A stretch of DNA of 33,523 bases, from assembly GCF_001194135.2 (NCBI RefSeq), contig NC_068999.1, positions 36,734,592 through 36,768,114 on the forward strand, given 5' to 3'. This document shows, piece by piece, positions 1 to 11,174 of this stretch. Numbering within the stretch: position 1 is the first letter of the stretch; every line of letters starts with the position of its first letter. Source of the DNA: Octopus bimaculoides (lineage: Eukaryota). A model generated the notes under the pieces. It worked only from the letters and a program-made list of their open reading frames with translations. It did not search any database and was not told the DNA's origin. The translations under genes were made by a program, and so were the position numbers.

Positions 1-75
1 ATGTACCAGTCGATATAACCGACTTCACCCCCTCCGCCGAACTTGCTGGCCTTGTGACAAAATTTGAAATCATTA
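1..75 (+). mobile_element. 3' end of SINE family B (Nin/Deu-domain-like), truncated by window edge
   Basis: 'gtcgatataaccgact...ctggccttgtgacaaaatttgaaa' matches the 3' end of the fuller copy at 6428-6638 ('gtcgatctaatcgact...ctggccttgtgccaaaatttgaaa'). Confidence 0.75.
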
Positions 76-392
76 TGACAGAACTTAAAAACAAACATAG
101 GCAGTGTGTGTGTGAGTGTGTGTGTGTGTATGTGTGTGTGTGAGTGTGTGTGTGTGTATGTGTGTGTGTGTGTGTGTATGCACACTCACTCACACACATG
201 TGAAGGATTTGGGCACAGTTCCTGTCTATCAAATTCATTCACCAGTCCATTGCCTTTTAAGTGAATTTGAGTTTTTCTAGCTAAGAAGGAGCTAATTTCT
301 AACAAACTTCCCACTCTAGAAATAACGACTCTCAACAGTGTTATATGTTGACTCTAGAATGATTCTGAATATTTTTACTCTTCCGTTTACAG

Positions 393-479
393 ATTGAACT
401 AGGGAGGAGTTTGTTCGCTGTTACTTTCTGTGCATGAAAATCATGACCTATCCTCATTGTCACTTAATCATTTGTGCAG
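393..479 (+). other. Candidate spliced exon (possible 5'UTR plus MKIMTYPHCHLIICA, phase-1 end)
   Basis: Acceptor tttttactcttccgtttacag|393 and donor CAG|gtatgc after 479. All frames are closed from the acceptor, but ATG at 434 reads open to the donor. Confidence 0.25.
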
Positions 480-747
480 GTATGCACGTGAGTTTGATTA
501 AGCTTGTGTTGCGCATGTACGTTTGTACGTATGTATATATGTTCTCTTCGGTTATTAATCATTTAAATTCTTCCTATGGAGAAGGTACTGATTTCTAACA
601 AAGATACAAAGCTCTGTTATTGGAATGTAGCTAACGAATACTATGTCACATTTTAAATCTGAGAAAAATCTTGCGTGCGATTTAGTTCTTGATTTATTTT
701 ACTGAAAATCCAAGCTTATCTAGACTAACAGTTCGGCATTTACTTAC

Positions 748-952
748 AGAACCAGTGCACCAATTATTATTGATATAAATATAAATTTGTAATCCGGATA
801 TAAAAGAAGGAAGTTTCCAAGCAGCTGTCCCCAGTTATCTTCTATCTCTATGATTTTCAAAGAGATATTCACATTAGGACAGCTGACCTCTATGACGGTA
901 TATACTCCTTGACAAATGTTTTGATGGGAATGTTCCATCAGTATTCCTTTTG
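748..952 (-). CDS. Candidate internal coding exon ending in a hydrophobic, TM-like segment
   Basis: Acceptor aaatttcag| before 952 and donor TCT|gtaagta after 748. One open frame: xKGILMEHSHQNICQGVYTVIEVSCPNVNISLKIIEIEDNWGQLLGNFLLLYPDYKFIFISIIIGALVL (phase 1 in, phase 2 out). Non-repetitive sequence; no family recognised. Confidence 0.45.
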
Positions 953-1265
953 CTGAAATTTGTATATTAAATAACAGGGTGATTCTCTATATTTATTCCA
1001 GGAATGTCTTCATTGCATGTATGTGTATATGCACATTTCAATGAATGTATGAATACATGTACGTGTGTACCTATGGTTGAACGTATATATAGATATGCAT
1101 ATGTCAATGCATGTGCACATATATGCGCATATTTTTTTTTTTAAGTTTCAGCTCAGAGCTGCGGTCATGCTGATGCACCACCGTGTATGTTTATATGTAT
1201 GTTTATGTGTGTATATCCACGTATATAGGGATGCATTCATGAATGTATGCCATTATATAAGAATA

Positions 1266-1275
1266 TGTGTGTGTG

Positions 1276-1353
<78 letters not shown>

Positions 1354-1425
1354 CATACACACATAGACAAACATAAATACATAGACAGACATACATACAT
1401 ACATATACACATACATATATGTGTG
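1266..1425. repeat. Compound microsatellite (GT)n-(TA)n-(AC)n
   Basis: Directly visible; includes a pure (TA) tract of ~65 bp. Confidence 0.97.
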
Positions 1426-1598
1426 TGTGTGTATTACGTGTTACACTAAGAAGTTGTGCCCGACTTATTGCTCTATTTTGAAACAACTTAACTGAGGAAG
1501 GTTTACGTAATGGATGCATTTTCTATTGTTTATTACCCAAACCTGAAACGTACGTATTAAATAATTTCAAAATTTGGTTTCACTTCATTATTACAGTT

Positions 1599-1671
<73 letters not shown>

Positions 1672-1795
1672 CAGTCAGACAGATACATGCATACATACAT
1701 ATATATATAAGCAGGCTCAAACACACATACGCACACGCTTACACACGCGCACACACACATACACACACACACACATATACATATACATATGTATT
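1599..1795. repeat. (AGAT)n followed by degenerate (AC/AT)n
   Basis: Directly visible. Confidence 0.95.
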
Positions 1796-1796
1796 A

Positions 1797-1880
1797 TATA
1801 GAAGACACGAACCCAAAAGGTCACGCAATGGTATTGAATCCTGAACCATGTGGTTGGGAAGCAAACTTCTTACCACTCAG
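1797..1880 (-). mobile_element. SINE family A (tRNA-derived, CORE-like) 5' fragment
   Basis: 'tgaatcctgaaccatgtggttgggaagcaaacttcttaccac' is shared with the copies at 15768 and 29056. Confidence 0.8.
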
Positions 1881-1893
1881 TCAAACCTAAGTC

Positions 1894-1899
<6 letters not shown>

Positions 1900-1954
<55 letters not shown>
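1900..1954. repeat. (GT)n microsatellite
   Basis: Directly visible. Confidence 0.97.
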
Positions 1955-1956
<2 letters not shown>

Positions 1957-2381
1957 CAGTATATTCGTGTATGTATGAGTCGATGTAAGTGTTCATGTAT
2001 GTGTGTACTTCTGAACGTAAGTGCATTACCATTTCCATGCGGATATATGTATGTAAGCACGTGTAATATATGTATATCGATATTGAAATATTGAGGAAGA
2101 ATGAGTTTTTTTGGTGTTTTTTGTGGGGTGGGGTTGTTTTTTTTAACCAATATACTATAGACAAAAATAAGATCGTTTTGATATGTCGGGAATATCTATG
2201 TTTTAGTAAAACATCTATCTCACTGCTTAAGGATTGCATATGTTGATGTTGTCAATCTTGTTGTCTTCGTTTTCGTCATTGTTGTTGTTATTGTCGCAGT
2301 TGATCTTGTTTTTCTTTTATGTGTATAGTGAGTGTGAATTCGTGCTTGTATTTTTGTATGCGTGTGTTCTATGTGTGGTAG

Positions 2382-2412
<31 letters not shown>

Positions 2413-2829
2413 ATGTATCCATATGTATTTGTCTGTATACAGGCACGCGTGCATATATGTCAGAGAAAGATTTGTAAGTGTTGATTCTCAACAAAGATAT
2501 ATAATGTATTATATTTCCTCCGGCAGTTAGTTTTAAATATGGTTATTTCATTAAAAAGGAAACGAAAATCAATTTTTCTTTTTGTTCACACACACACNNN
2601 NNNNNNNNNNNNNNNNNNNNNNNNNNNNNNNNNNNNNNNNNNNNNNNNNNNNNNNNNNNNNNNNNNNNNNNNNNNNNNNNNNNNNNNNNNNNNNNNNNNN
2701 NNNNNNNNNNNNNNNNTATATATATATATTTACATATGTATACATATTTGTGTGTGCCTGTGTATGTGAATGCGTGAGTATATACACATACACACACACT
2801 AGCACACATACATACATATATATATATAC

Positions 2830-2863
<34 letters not shown>

Positions 2864-3117
2864 GCATGTGTATGTGCGTGCGTCATGCGTGCGAATGTGT
2901 GTGTCTGCGTGTGTATGTGTGTGTATATATATATACCTACAAAGACATACATAAATATTATATGTTTGTGTAAGTCTATATATCAACTTATTTAAATATA
3001 TCTGCGTTCACACACAAATTTAGACGCACACATGCACACACAAACGCATAGAACACACATAGATATATTTGATTAAATGCAAATATACTGGTACGATAGA
3101 TAAATATATTCAAATAT

Positions 3118-3133
3118 ACTGATAGATAGATAA

Positions 3134-3208
<75 letters not shown>

Positions 3209-3287
3209 TGTAGGCAGGTAGGTAGGCAGGTTGCTAGGCAGGAGGATAGGTAGGTAGGTAGGTAGGTAGGTAGGTAGGTAGGTAGGT
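3118..3287. repeat. Compound tetranucleotide array (GATA)n-(GGTA)n
   Basis: Directly visible. Confidence 0.96.
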
Positions 3288-4760
3288 ATTAAATTCCATA
3301 ATCTTGTAAGATATAAAAACAGTAACAACAATAACAATAACATCAGCTACAAGAATAGCAACAAAAATCACCAGTAATGAACAAGAGTACAAAGATAGAT
3401 GTAATAACCCTGCAGAGAAAAGGAAAATAAATTGACGTTTCGGATAGATATTCTTTGTCAAGATGGAATTAAAGAGAAGGGAAAAAATGGGACAAAAACT
3501 CATGATGTTGGGTAGGAGGTACATATTGTAATAGCGGACAGGAAGTGTATAGAATAAGTAACGAGTTTTGTAGTAGGAAAAGAGTGATTGTGTGATAAAG
3601 AAAAGGTTTGAAAAGCTTGGGGGGGGGAGGTAATGAAATTGTGTATGTGTTATGAATAATGAATCAAGTAAGATTGTTAATGAGTGGGTTGAGCACAACG
3701 TTATAGTGTGTGGGCGTGTGTGTAAGTGTATGGGCAGAAGACAAACCAGGATGCGTATGCGTGCATGCATGTGTGTGTGTATTTGTGCGTTTGTCTGTGC
3801 ACTCTTGTCCGTTAATTTTGTTATCGTATTCGTTTCTTTTAACCCTATTTTTGCTTTTGTATTACCTGACTGTTAACTACTTGAAGAAATTCCGAGGCGG
3901 GGTAACAACCGTAGAAACACGACAAAATAAAAATTAAGTTAAATAGAAACCAGAAAGGTAAAAACGAAAGAGGGAGTCAGTAAAAACAGAAATAATGAAA
4001 GTAGAATATAGAGGAGAATGGGAGAGAAACAGAGAAAAAATGAGAGAGAGGAAAAAAATAGACGGGGGGGGGGAAGAGACGAAGAAGAGAGTAGAGAAGG
4101 AGAGAAAAGAAAAGTAAAGTAGAAAATAGTCACACATTCGTTATGACATCGAATTAAAATAAATGACGGAGAAATTTGTAATCTATCTATCTATCTTACA
4201 AACATACACATATACGTACATAAACGTACAAATACATGCGTACATGTATAGATAAATAAATATATATATATATATANNNNNNNNNNNNNNNNNNNNNNNN
4301 NNNNNNNNNNNNNNNNNNNNNNNNNNNNNNNNNNNNNNNNNNNNNNNNNNNNNNNNNNNNNNNNNNNNNNNNNNNNNNNNNNNNNNNNNNNNNNNNNNNN
4401 NNNNNNNNNNNNNNNNNNNNNNNNNNNNNNNNNNNNNNNNNNNNNNNNNNNNNNNNNNNNNNNNNNNNNNNNNNNNNNNNNNNNNNNNNNNNNNNNNNNN
4501 NNNNNNNNNNNNNNNNNNNNNNNNNNNNNNNNNNNNNNNNNNNNNNNNNNNNNNNNNNNNNNNNNNNNNNNNNNNNNNNNNNNNNNNNNNNNNNNNNNNN
4601 NNNNNNNNNNNNNNNNNNNNNNNNNNNNNNNNNNNNNNNNNNNNNNNNNNNNNNNNNNNNNNNNNNNNNNNNNNNNNNNNNNNNNNNNNNNNNNNNNNNN
4701 NNNNNNNNNNNNNNNNNNNCATACACACATATACATATACATGCTTATACATACTTACAG

Positions 4761-4800
<40 letters not shown>

Positions 4801-5011
4801 ATGTATGTATACGTACACACATGCATATATGTGTGTGTATGTGAATGAGTGTGTATGTGCGTGTGTGTACATAGATATACACATGCATGTATATATACAT
4901 TGGTGTACATAGATGTATTGTTTCAATGCCACTCAAAAATGTCATTACAGAATGACACTGCATATACACACGCACAAAACTCACACGCACGCACACGCGC
5001 CCGCACAAACT

Positions 5012-5047
<36 letters not shown>

Positions 5048-5306
5048 CACTTGAGCACACACAACCACATACACACACAAACACACGGAAGAGCACACAA
5101 AAACACATGTAATCATATATCTTTAAAAATGTTATTGTGAAGTTGTAATGAATCGATGTTTATAAACAATAATGGAAGAGATTCGGTTGTCAATGTGGAG
5201 GATAATAATAGGGTCGAAAGATATTGGTACACTGCTTCGTGTTCACACATACGTTTATAGATTTCATTTATATATAGATGCATATACACAGCTTCATTCA
5301 AGCACA

Positions 5307-5590
5307 CATCTATCTATCTATGTATCTATCTATCTATCTATTAATTTGTTTGTATGTTGGTCTGTCTGTCTCTCTCTCTCTCTTTCTTTGTCCATCTGTT
5401 TATCTATCTATCTATTTATTTATCTATCTATCTATGTCTGTCTTTCTATCTGTCTGTCTCTTTGTCCATCTGTCTATCTATCTATCTATCTATCTGTATA
5501 TNNNNNNNNNNATATATATATATATATATATATATATGTAGGTGTGTGTGTGTGTGTGTGCGTGTGTGTATGTGTGTGTGTGTGTGTGTC
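5307..5590. repeat. (TATC)n/(TGTC)n-(TA)n-(GT)n array with 10-N gap
   Basis: Directly visible. Confidence 0.95.
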
Positions 5591-5714
5591 CATCCTTGTC
5601 TTGTTAACTCCAGCTATCTGATTATGGCATTCAATAATCCGAATCCTCTGCACTATTTCAATGGGACCTATGTGTGGTTATGCAATCGATTAGAAATATC
5701 ACATATATTTTCCT

Positions 5715-5842
5715 CAAATTGGACTGCATCGGACTTTATATACACAATACTCAGAAAGGTGGAATAGCCGTGGCCAAAACATCTTTATACCCCCGTTTTC
5801 TCCATTCAGATATGACCTGGGGTTAAACAACAATAACAACAA
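5715..5842 (-). repeat. Dispersed repeat family C, degenerate copy
   Basis: Reverse complement gttgtt-tttaaccccaggtcatatctgaat aligns with the copies at 6298, 17996 and 20325. Confidence 0.55.
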
Positions 5843-5899
5843 GGATCAACGGAGCATGTAAGGACAATATGATTCTCTCTCCTAAGTAGCGAATCATTT

Positions 5900-6105
<206 letters not shown>

Positions 6106-6297
6106 TTCACACAACTGAAAACAGAGTTGGTAAGAATGAAGACCAAACACCACGTCATTTGTTTTCTCCTGAAAAAAGTTAAAACCAAGAAAAAAAAAAA
6201 GACTGAATACTAATCCCTTGTTAAGGCCTTACTAAGCGGGTGTAAGTCAGATAGAGAGCAAAAGTGAATTAAACAAAGAGAGAAAACAAGCATAAAA

Positions 6298-6400
6298 TGT
6301 GGTTGTTGTTTATCTCCAGATCAGCCTTGACTGAGCTGATTTGCTGCTAAAAGCATTCTAAACATGGCCATTCAGTCTTTTGTATATAATATCTATATTA
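6298..6400 (+). repeat. Dispersed repeat family C copy
   Basis: gttgttgtttatctccagatcagccttgactgagc...aaagcattctaaacatggccat; same layout as the 20325 and 17996 copies. Confidence 0.55.
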
Positions 6401-6427
6401 TCTAATATACAGATAGTATTAAGACAA

Positions 6428-6638
6428 CTAGCCGACAGAATCGTTCGCACGCCGGGCAATATACTTAGCGGCATTTCGTCCGTCTTTACGATCTGAGTTC
6501 AAATTCGGCAAAGCTCGACTTTGCCTTTCATCCTTTAGAGGTCGATAAAATAAGTATCAGTTGAAAACTAGGGTCGATCTAATCGACTTATCTCTCCCCT
6601 GAGATTGCTGGCCTTGTGCCAAAATTTGAAACCAATAT
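6428..6638 (+). mobile_element. SINE family B, near full length (tRNA-like head plus Nin/Deu-like domain)
   Basis: Contains gagttcaaattc (B-box-like) and 'gcctttcatcctttagaggtcgataaaataagta', which resembles the Deu/Nin-domain core of AmnSINE1-type SINEs. At least 5 related copies occur in the window. Confidence 0.85.
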
Positions 6639-7313
6639 ATTGATAGCTTATACTATATATCATCTAATATAAATAGTTTATTTTTTTAGATAATAAGTTA
6701 AGATTTGAGAGATAGATGAGTACTATTTCTAGCAAGCAATTCGGGTAACCACGTACAGGTTCCTTTACTGGGTCACAGACTCCATTTAGTCATTCATTTT
6801 GTTGGAGTCGATTCCTCTTATACAAGGATGATTAAATAAATAAATGAATAGATCGATGTCTTGCTGGCTGGTTGGCTGGATGGCTTGTTAGATGGACGGA
6901 TGCATGGATAAACAAGCATCTTTAGACTTTTATAACCATTTTTATATACTTTGTCATACTCCCCAGGTAATATCGCAAATATTTTTGTATTTAACTTCCT
7001 GACAAAAATAAAACTGTAGTTTGTTTGAAGAATGTGGTTTCAATAACTCGTGAGGAAACACTTGATGTTGGCTTTTATTAAAAACGAAGAAATATCTTAT
7101 TTCTGGGTTTTATTGGATTACAATGTAGCATCAGATGGGATTATGGATGAATTTAGCCGAACTATCTTCTCGTAATCCGAGAGCTTCTACTATAAATTAC
7201 ATTAATGCGATGCAATGAAGAATTAAGACATTTGATTACTACACTAAGCCTGAAACTTCAAAACAAACAATTTTTAAAGCGTTCAGCGTAATCCTTTACT
7301 ACAGACCACTTAC

Positions 7314-7371
7314 TTTGTCCATGCTATAACTTTTCCTCCATAACCTTTGCCGAATACGGACTGATGGATTG
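7314..7371 (-). CDS. Candidate 58-nt coding exon (xIHQSVFGKGYGGKVIAWTx)
   Basis: Acceptor ttaatacag| and strong donor AAA|gtaagtg; two of three frames are open. Unique sequence. Confidence 0.3.
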
Positions 7372-7489
7372 CTGTATTAACTTCAAACTTTGTAACTTTA
7401 TAAATAACAGATTTCAACACCGATAATCTGATTTAATACTTTACGCCATTCTCATAAACATATGTACAAATGTGTATGCACCAACCATG

Positions 7490-7556
7490 CCATTTGGCTT
7501 GATGGTGGAGCACTCAGTCACTATCGGTGGGTCACAGATTCGATTCCCGTATCCAC
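7490..7556 (+). mobile_element. Degenerate tRNA-derived SINE head
   Basis: A-box-like TGGCTTGATGG (7495-7505) and B-box-like GATTCGATTCC (7537-7547) at tRNA-like spacing. No acceptor stem is evident. Confidence 0.45.
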
Positions 7557-7673
7557 CTGCTGGAAACTTTATATACATATGTGTGTGTGTATACATACAT
7601 ATAAATATACATACATACATACACATGCATACATACACATATGCATACACATACAAACATATACATATATATA

Positions 7674-7715
<42 letters not shown>

Positions 7716-7969
7716 GAAGGTTAAAAAGGAACACACGAGTTGATATGTATAAGGAAAATAGGACAAGGTAGAACATGCTAAAATAATTTTATCATGAAGA
7801 ACACTTTAGTACCGATGTCAGTCTTTGCGACTTTTCCAACTTAGAGCAAATCATGAAAAACAATTAAATTGTGGAAAAATTAAATGAAATGTTTTTTTTA
7901 ATATTTCCATAGTTTTCAAATACAAGGGAATTTTCCTTTTTTCTGTCTGTCTCTCTTTCTCACACACAC

Positions 7970-8100
7970 ACATGCACACACACACACATGCACACATACA
8001 TACATACATACATACATACATACATACATAATACATACATACATAATACATACATACATACATACATACATACATACATACATACATACATACATACATA
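7970..8100. repeat. (CA)n-(ATAC)n array
   Basis: Directly visible. Confidence 0.96.
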
Positions 8101-8289
8101 GTGAACCCTCATAAATACGTACCAACAGGATGTAAAATTCACCGTTTAAGCTGATTGTCTAAGTAAACCTCTCATGTGAGTTAATACAACAGTGAAAATA
8201 TATACACTGCATAATAAGCATGATAAACAGTAACCACATAACAGAAAATACTGTAAACATCATATATGGAAAACTACATAGTTAGAACA

Positions 8290-8830
8290 ATTTCACAAGA
8301 CTGTTTAAAGTTACTTGCGAAATGATGATTTTTAACGCCTCCGTCGTTTTTTCTTCAGCACATCTGCAAATTTCGCAGCACCACCTTTTATCACCAGTGA
8401 TGGCCGTTGAAAAAAAGGTCCGGATCAATTTCCAGCTGTTCTTTCAGTTCGCGACACGCATTCAGTCGTAACTGCATTTGATCTTCCGTGAGCAAGCGAG
8501 GCACAAATTTTGCTGTAACGATTTCCATTCGCAGTTCCTCACTCTGGGGCAAACCAGTCATACCAAGTTTGTCAATTGCTCGGTGACGGTCCTCTAGGTA
8601 AGTTCATTGAATTTTCATGAAGATTTCATTTGTTCTGGAGGTCGACGGTCGCCCTGAACGAGGTTGGTTTTCAAGCAACAAGTGACCATTCCTAAAGCAT
8701 GGAAACCACTCATAAGCTTGTATTTTGCTCATAGCAGCGACCTTGTAATCTGTTTGAAGCATGACAACTATTTCGGTCGGCGTTTTCCCCAGCAGAAAAC
8801 AGAATTTCACAGATGATTAAGGGAAAAGCA
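8290..8830 (-). mobile_element. Internally deleted mariner (Mos1-like) transposase relic
   Basis: Reads HTH 'KFCFLLGKTPTE...YEWF..FRNG...QPRSGRPSTS', then 'AKFVPRLLTEDQ..RLNACRELKEQLEIDPD', then 'ITGDKRW' (first catalytic D, after a frameshift), joined directly to the C-terminal 'FADV..KKTTEALK'. Contains stops and frameshifts. Confidence 0.9.
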
Positions 8831-8879
8831 CTGTGAAACAAAGACGCACCACATGGCAGTACGACCTCACCGAACGACA

Positions 8880-9185
8880 TTCCGATGTCATGATCCTGAG
8901 AATGCATCAAATGTAAAACTTAGAGATTTCAAAGTAAGCATTTCTGAGTCACTCATGAGAACAGTTAAATTCAAGTCAGCCGAAAGAGGACACCCATCAC
9001 TAAGCGAAGGAGAAAGACAAATACTGGCTAAAAAGCCCAGCGGACCGACAACACCAATACCAAACAGTTAATATGCATAGATGGTACAGATCACTGGCCC
9101 AGTACACGGAGAGCAGCAAGAAGGGTAGATGCAAGAATCCAAGTTGTGAGTTCATTACAAGGGTTATCTGTGGTAAATGTATTGC
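8880..9185 (+). mobile_element. piggyBac (PGBD-like) transposase C-terminal relic
   Basis: 'KLRDFKVSISESL...ERGHPS...PIP', then 'DGTDHWP' (9080-9100), then 'KKGRCKNPSCEFITRVICGKC' (Cys codons at 9130, 9145, 9169, 9178). Two -1 frameshifts; matches the piggyBac DGxxHWP plus Cys-rich terminus. Confidence 0.75.
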
Positions 9186-9972
9186 CAACCACGTCATGGT
9201 GGTTGGGTAATATGAGTTCCCTGGTCCTTGCTAACAATTTCCTGCCGCTCGGATTTTCTCGTCACGTCCATCTTACAGGCAAAAAAAGATAGAGGTAGAG
9301 GTTTAATGTGAGCCAATAGGTGACACAAATTATATTGATTATCATTGTCAGCTATAAAAATCCGTGATGTGTAGTCACTTGGTGCCTGTGATATGCCTTA
9401 ACATTGGCCTTACTGTTATAATGCCGGAGCAAGAACATCAACTAAATAATTTATACGAAAGAAAATAATTGTGTTTGAATTTGAAAATTAACCCGCAAAT
9501 ATTTTCATCTATGATAACAAAAATGTCTGATATGCTACTATTTGATGATTGCGTTAAAATATAGAATATCTAGAATAAGCACAAAGGGCATTTTCTTCTT
9601 TTATTCGTGTAGATGAGATCTTTATCCAAATTACTCTAGGTTATAGGACTGTTTTTAATTCCCTTAATTTTCTTATGTATTGAGATAGAGAAATGGAATC
9701 AATTTTTTTTTTTGTATGTAAAGGAATATTTGTGTTGATAGTATCCAATTTTAAATGTCTTCGCCATAAGTTCTATTTAATTCCTCTCAATGCTAACAGC
9801 AATTATTATGCCTGATCTCTATACCAACTCCTAACAGAAGTACAGTCCTTTAAGAGAGCAATTCCCATACTTTACATCACAATTTAAGACACACAGTCAG
9901 CCATGCCTACCACACAAAAAAAATTTACTGTTATTTTTATGAGATTTTGTGAGATCTCTGTATAGGTCTTAC

Positions 9973-10026
9973 AAGTGAGAAAGACTTTATAAAACTTCTC
10001 AGATTTTATCTCCCTATCGGCATCTC
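9973..10026 (-). CDS. Candidate 54-nt phase 1-1 exon (GDADREIKSEKFYKVFLT)
   Basis: Acceptor cccag| and donor CTT|gtaaga, inside ORF 9884-10072. Alternative acceptors and donors exist nearby. Confidence 0.2.
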
Positions 10027-10289
10027 CTGGGTATTCTTCACCGAGTAGAATACAAAAAGTTAATTCTTTCACAAAAGTTTTTTATCGTTACCACTTATGC
10101 CTATGAAGTATCACTTAGTTGTTCTGTTGTCCTGTGATCAGAAACACATTATATCTGGATAAGATATTAATATATGTATAGATGTATTTTAATATATACA
10201 TTAATGTGCCTACTTTTAGAGTCTGTTTATTATATATGTGTGTGTAAAAATGCATATACATATATATGTGTATACATATATGTGTGTAT

Positions 10290-10294
<5 letters not shown>

Positions 10295-10382
<88 letters not shown>
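10295..10382. repeat. (CA)n-(TA)n array
   Basis: Directly visible. Confidence 0.97.
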
Positions 10383-10383
<1 letters not shown>

Positions 10384-10749
10384 GAACATTAAATGTACGT
10401 ACACATAGTTATGTATGTATATATAACGCACAAATATCGCATCAACTTTTCACGTGCAACTCTCGTGTAGCTAGGATGAATGAATAAATAAATATCAGTA
10501 ATTATAGTGGCAGTTTAAAACGCTGACCTTTTGCTTAATAAAACAAGAATAATATTAAATCAATATTCGTTGCATAGAGTTGCTGGAAGTTCATCTCAAT
10601 AATGGTCGTTTCAAAGTATATTTATGTCATCTGTTAAGATAAATGCCAATACTATATCTATCTCGGAATCTAGACCTTCTGCAATATTCGCTAATACTCT
10701 GCCGGGCAGAAATGTCCTACACTTGTATTACTACAGTTCTATATTTAAG

Positions 10750-10980
10750 AGATAAGGAATTATGTACATTATTTACATTACTTACATTTGACGGATATTT
10801 GTCCTCATCTTGTTTATTGTTAACACAACGTTTCAGCTGATATACCCTCCAGCCTTCATCAGGTGTGTTGGGGAAATTTCGAAATTATTATCTTCATCAT
10901 TATTCAGGTCACTGCCTGGAATCGAACTCGGAATCTTGGGGTTAGTAGCCCGCGCTCTTAACAACTATGTCATATGCGCG
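10750..10980 (-). mobile_element. tRNA-headed SINE-like element carrying a hammerhead ribozyme motif
   Basis: A-box-like TGACATAGTTG (10972-10962), anticodon-arm-like GGG-CTACTAA-CCC, exact B-box GTTCGATTC (10927-10919), AAT-rich spacer, hammerhead motif (10867-10822), and a tail of three 9-nt repeats aatgtaagt/aatgtaaat/aatgtacat (10788-10759). Confidence 0.75.
10822..10867 (-). ncRNA. Minimal type I hammerhead ribozyme motif (Penelope-type)
   Basis: ACAC-CUGAUGA-A-[GGCUG/10-nt loop/CAGCU]-GAAA-CGUU-GUGU. Core boxes at 10862-10856 and 10834-10831, 5-bp stem II, 4-bp stem I, palindromic ACGU in place of stem III. Confidence 0.65.
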
Positions 10981-11174
10981 GGCTATTAACACCAAGATTC
11001 CGAGTTCCTATATTCCTTCCTCTCACAAATATCCTAAACGCTGCAAAGGATCACCCACAATGCCTTCCCTCCTGACTAAAATATAAAAAATATCTTATCT
11101 GAAAACGAATCAAATGCTTTATTTACTAAATATTCTTGATGAAAGCAACCCAACAAAAAGGTTTGTATGAAGTA

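Noticed and set aside
5614-5758. Plus-strand exon-like frame YLIMAFNNPNPLHYFNGTYVWLCNRLEISHIFSSNWTASDFIYTILRK
   Set aside because: Weak donor (gtggaa), the 3' part overlaps repeat family C, and it has no phase-compatible partner. Not excluded, but unsupported.
7314-7371. GKGYGGKV as a protein-kinase glycine loop
   Set aside because: No VAIK, HRD or DFG exons were found in the window; an 8-residue resemblance is insufficient.
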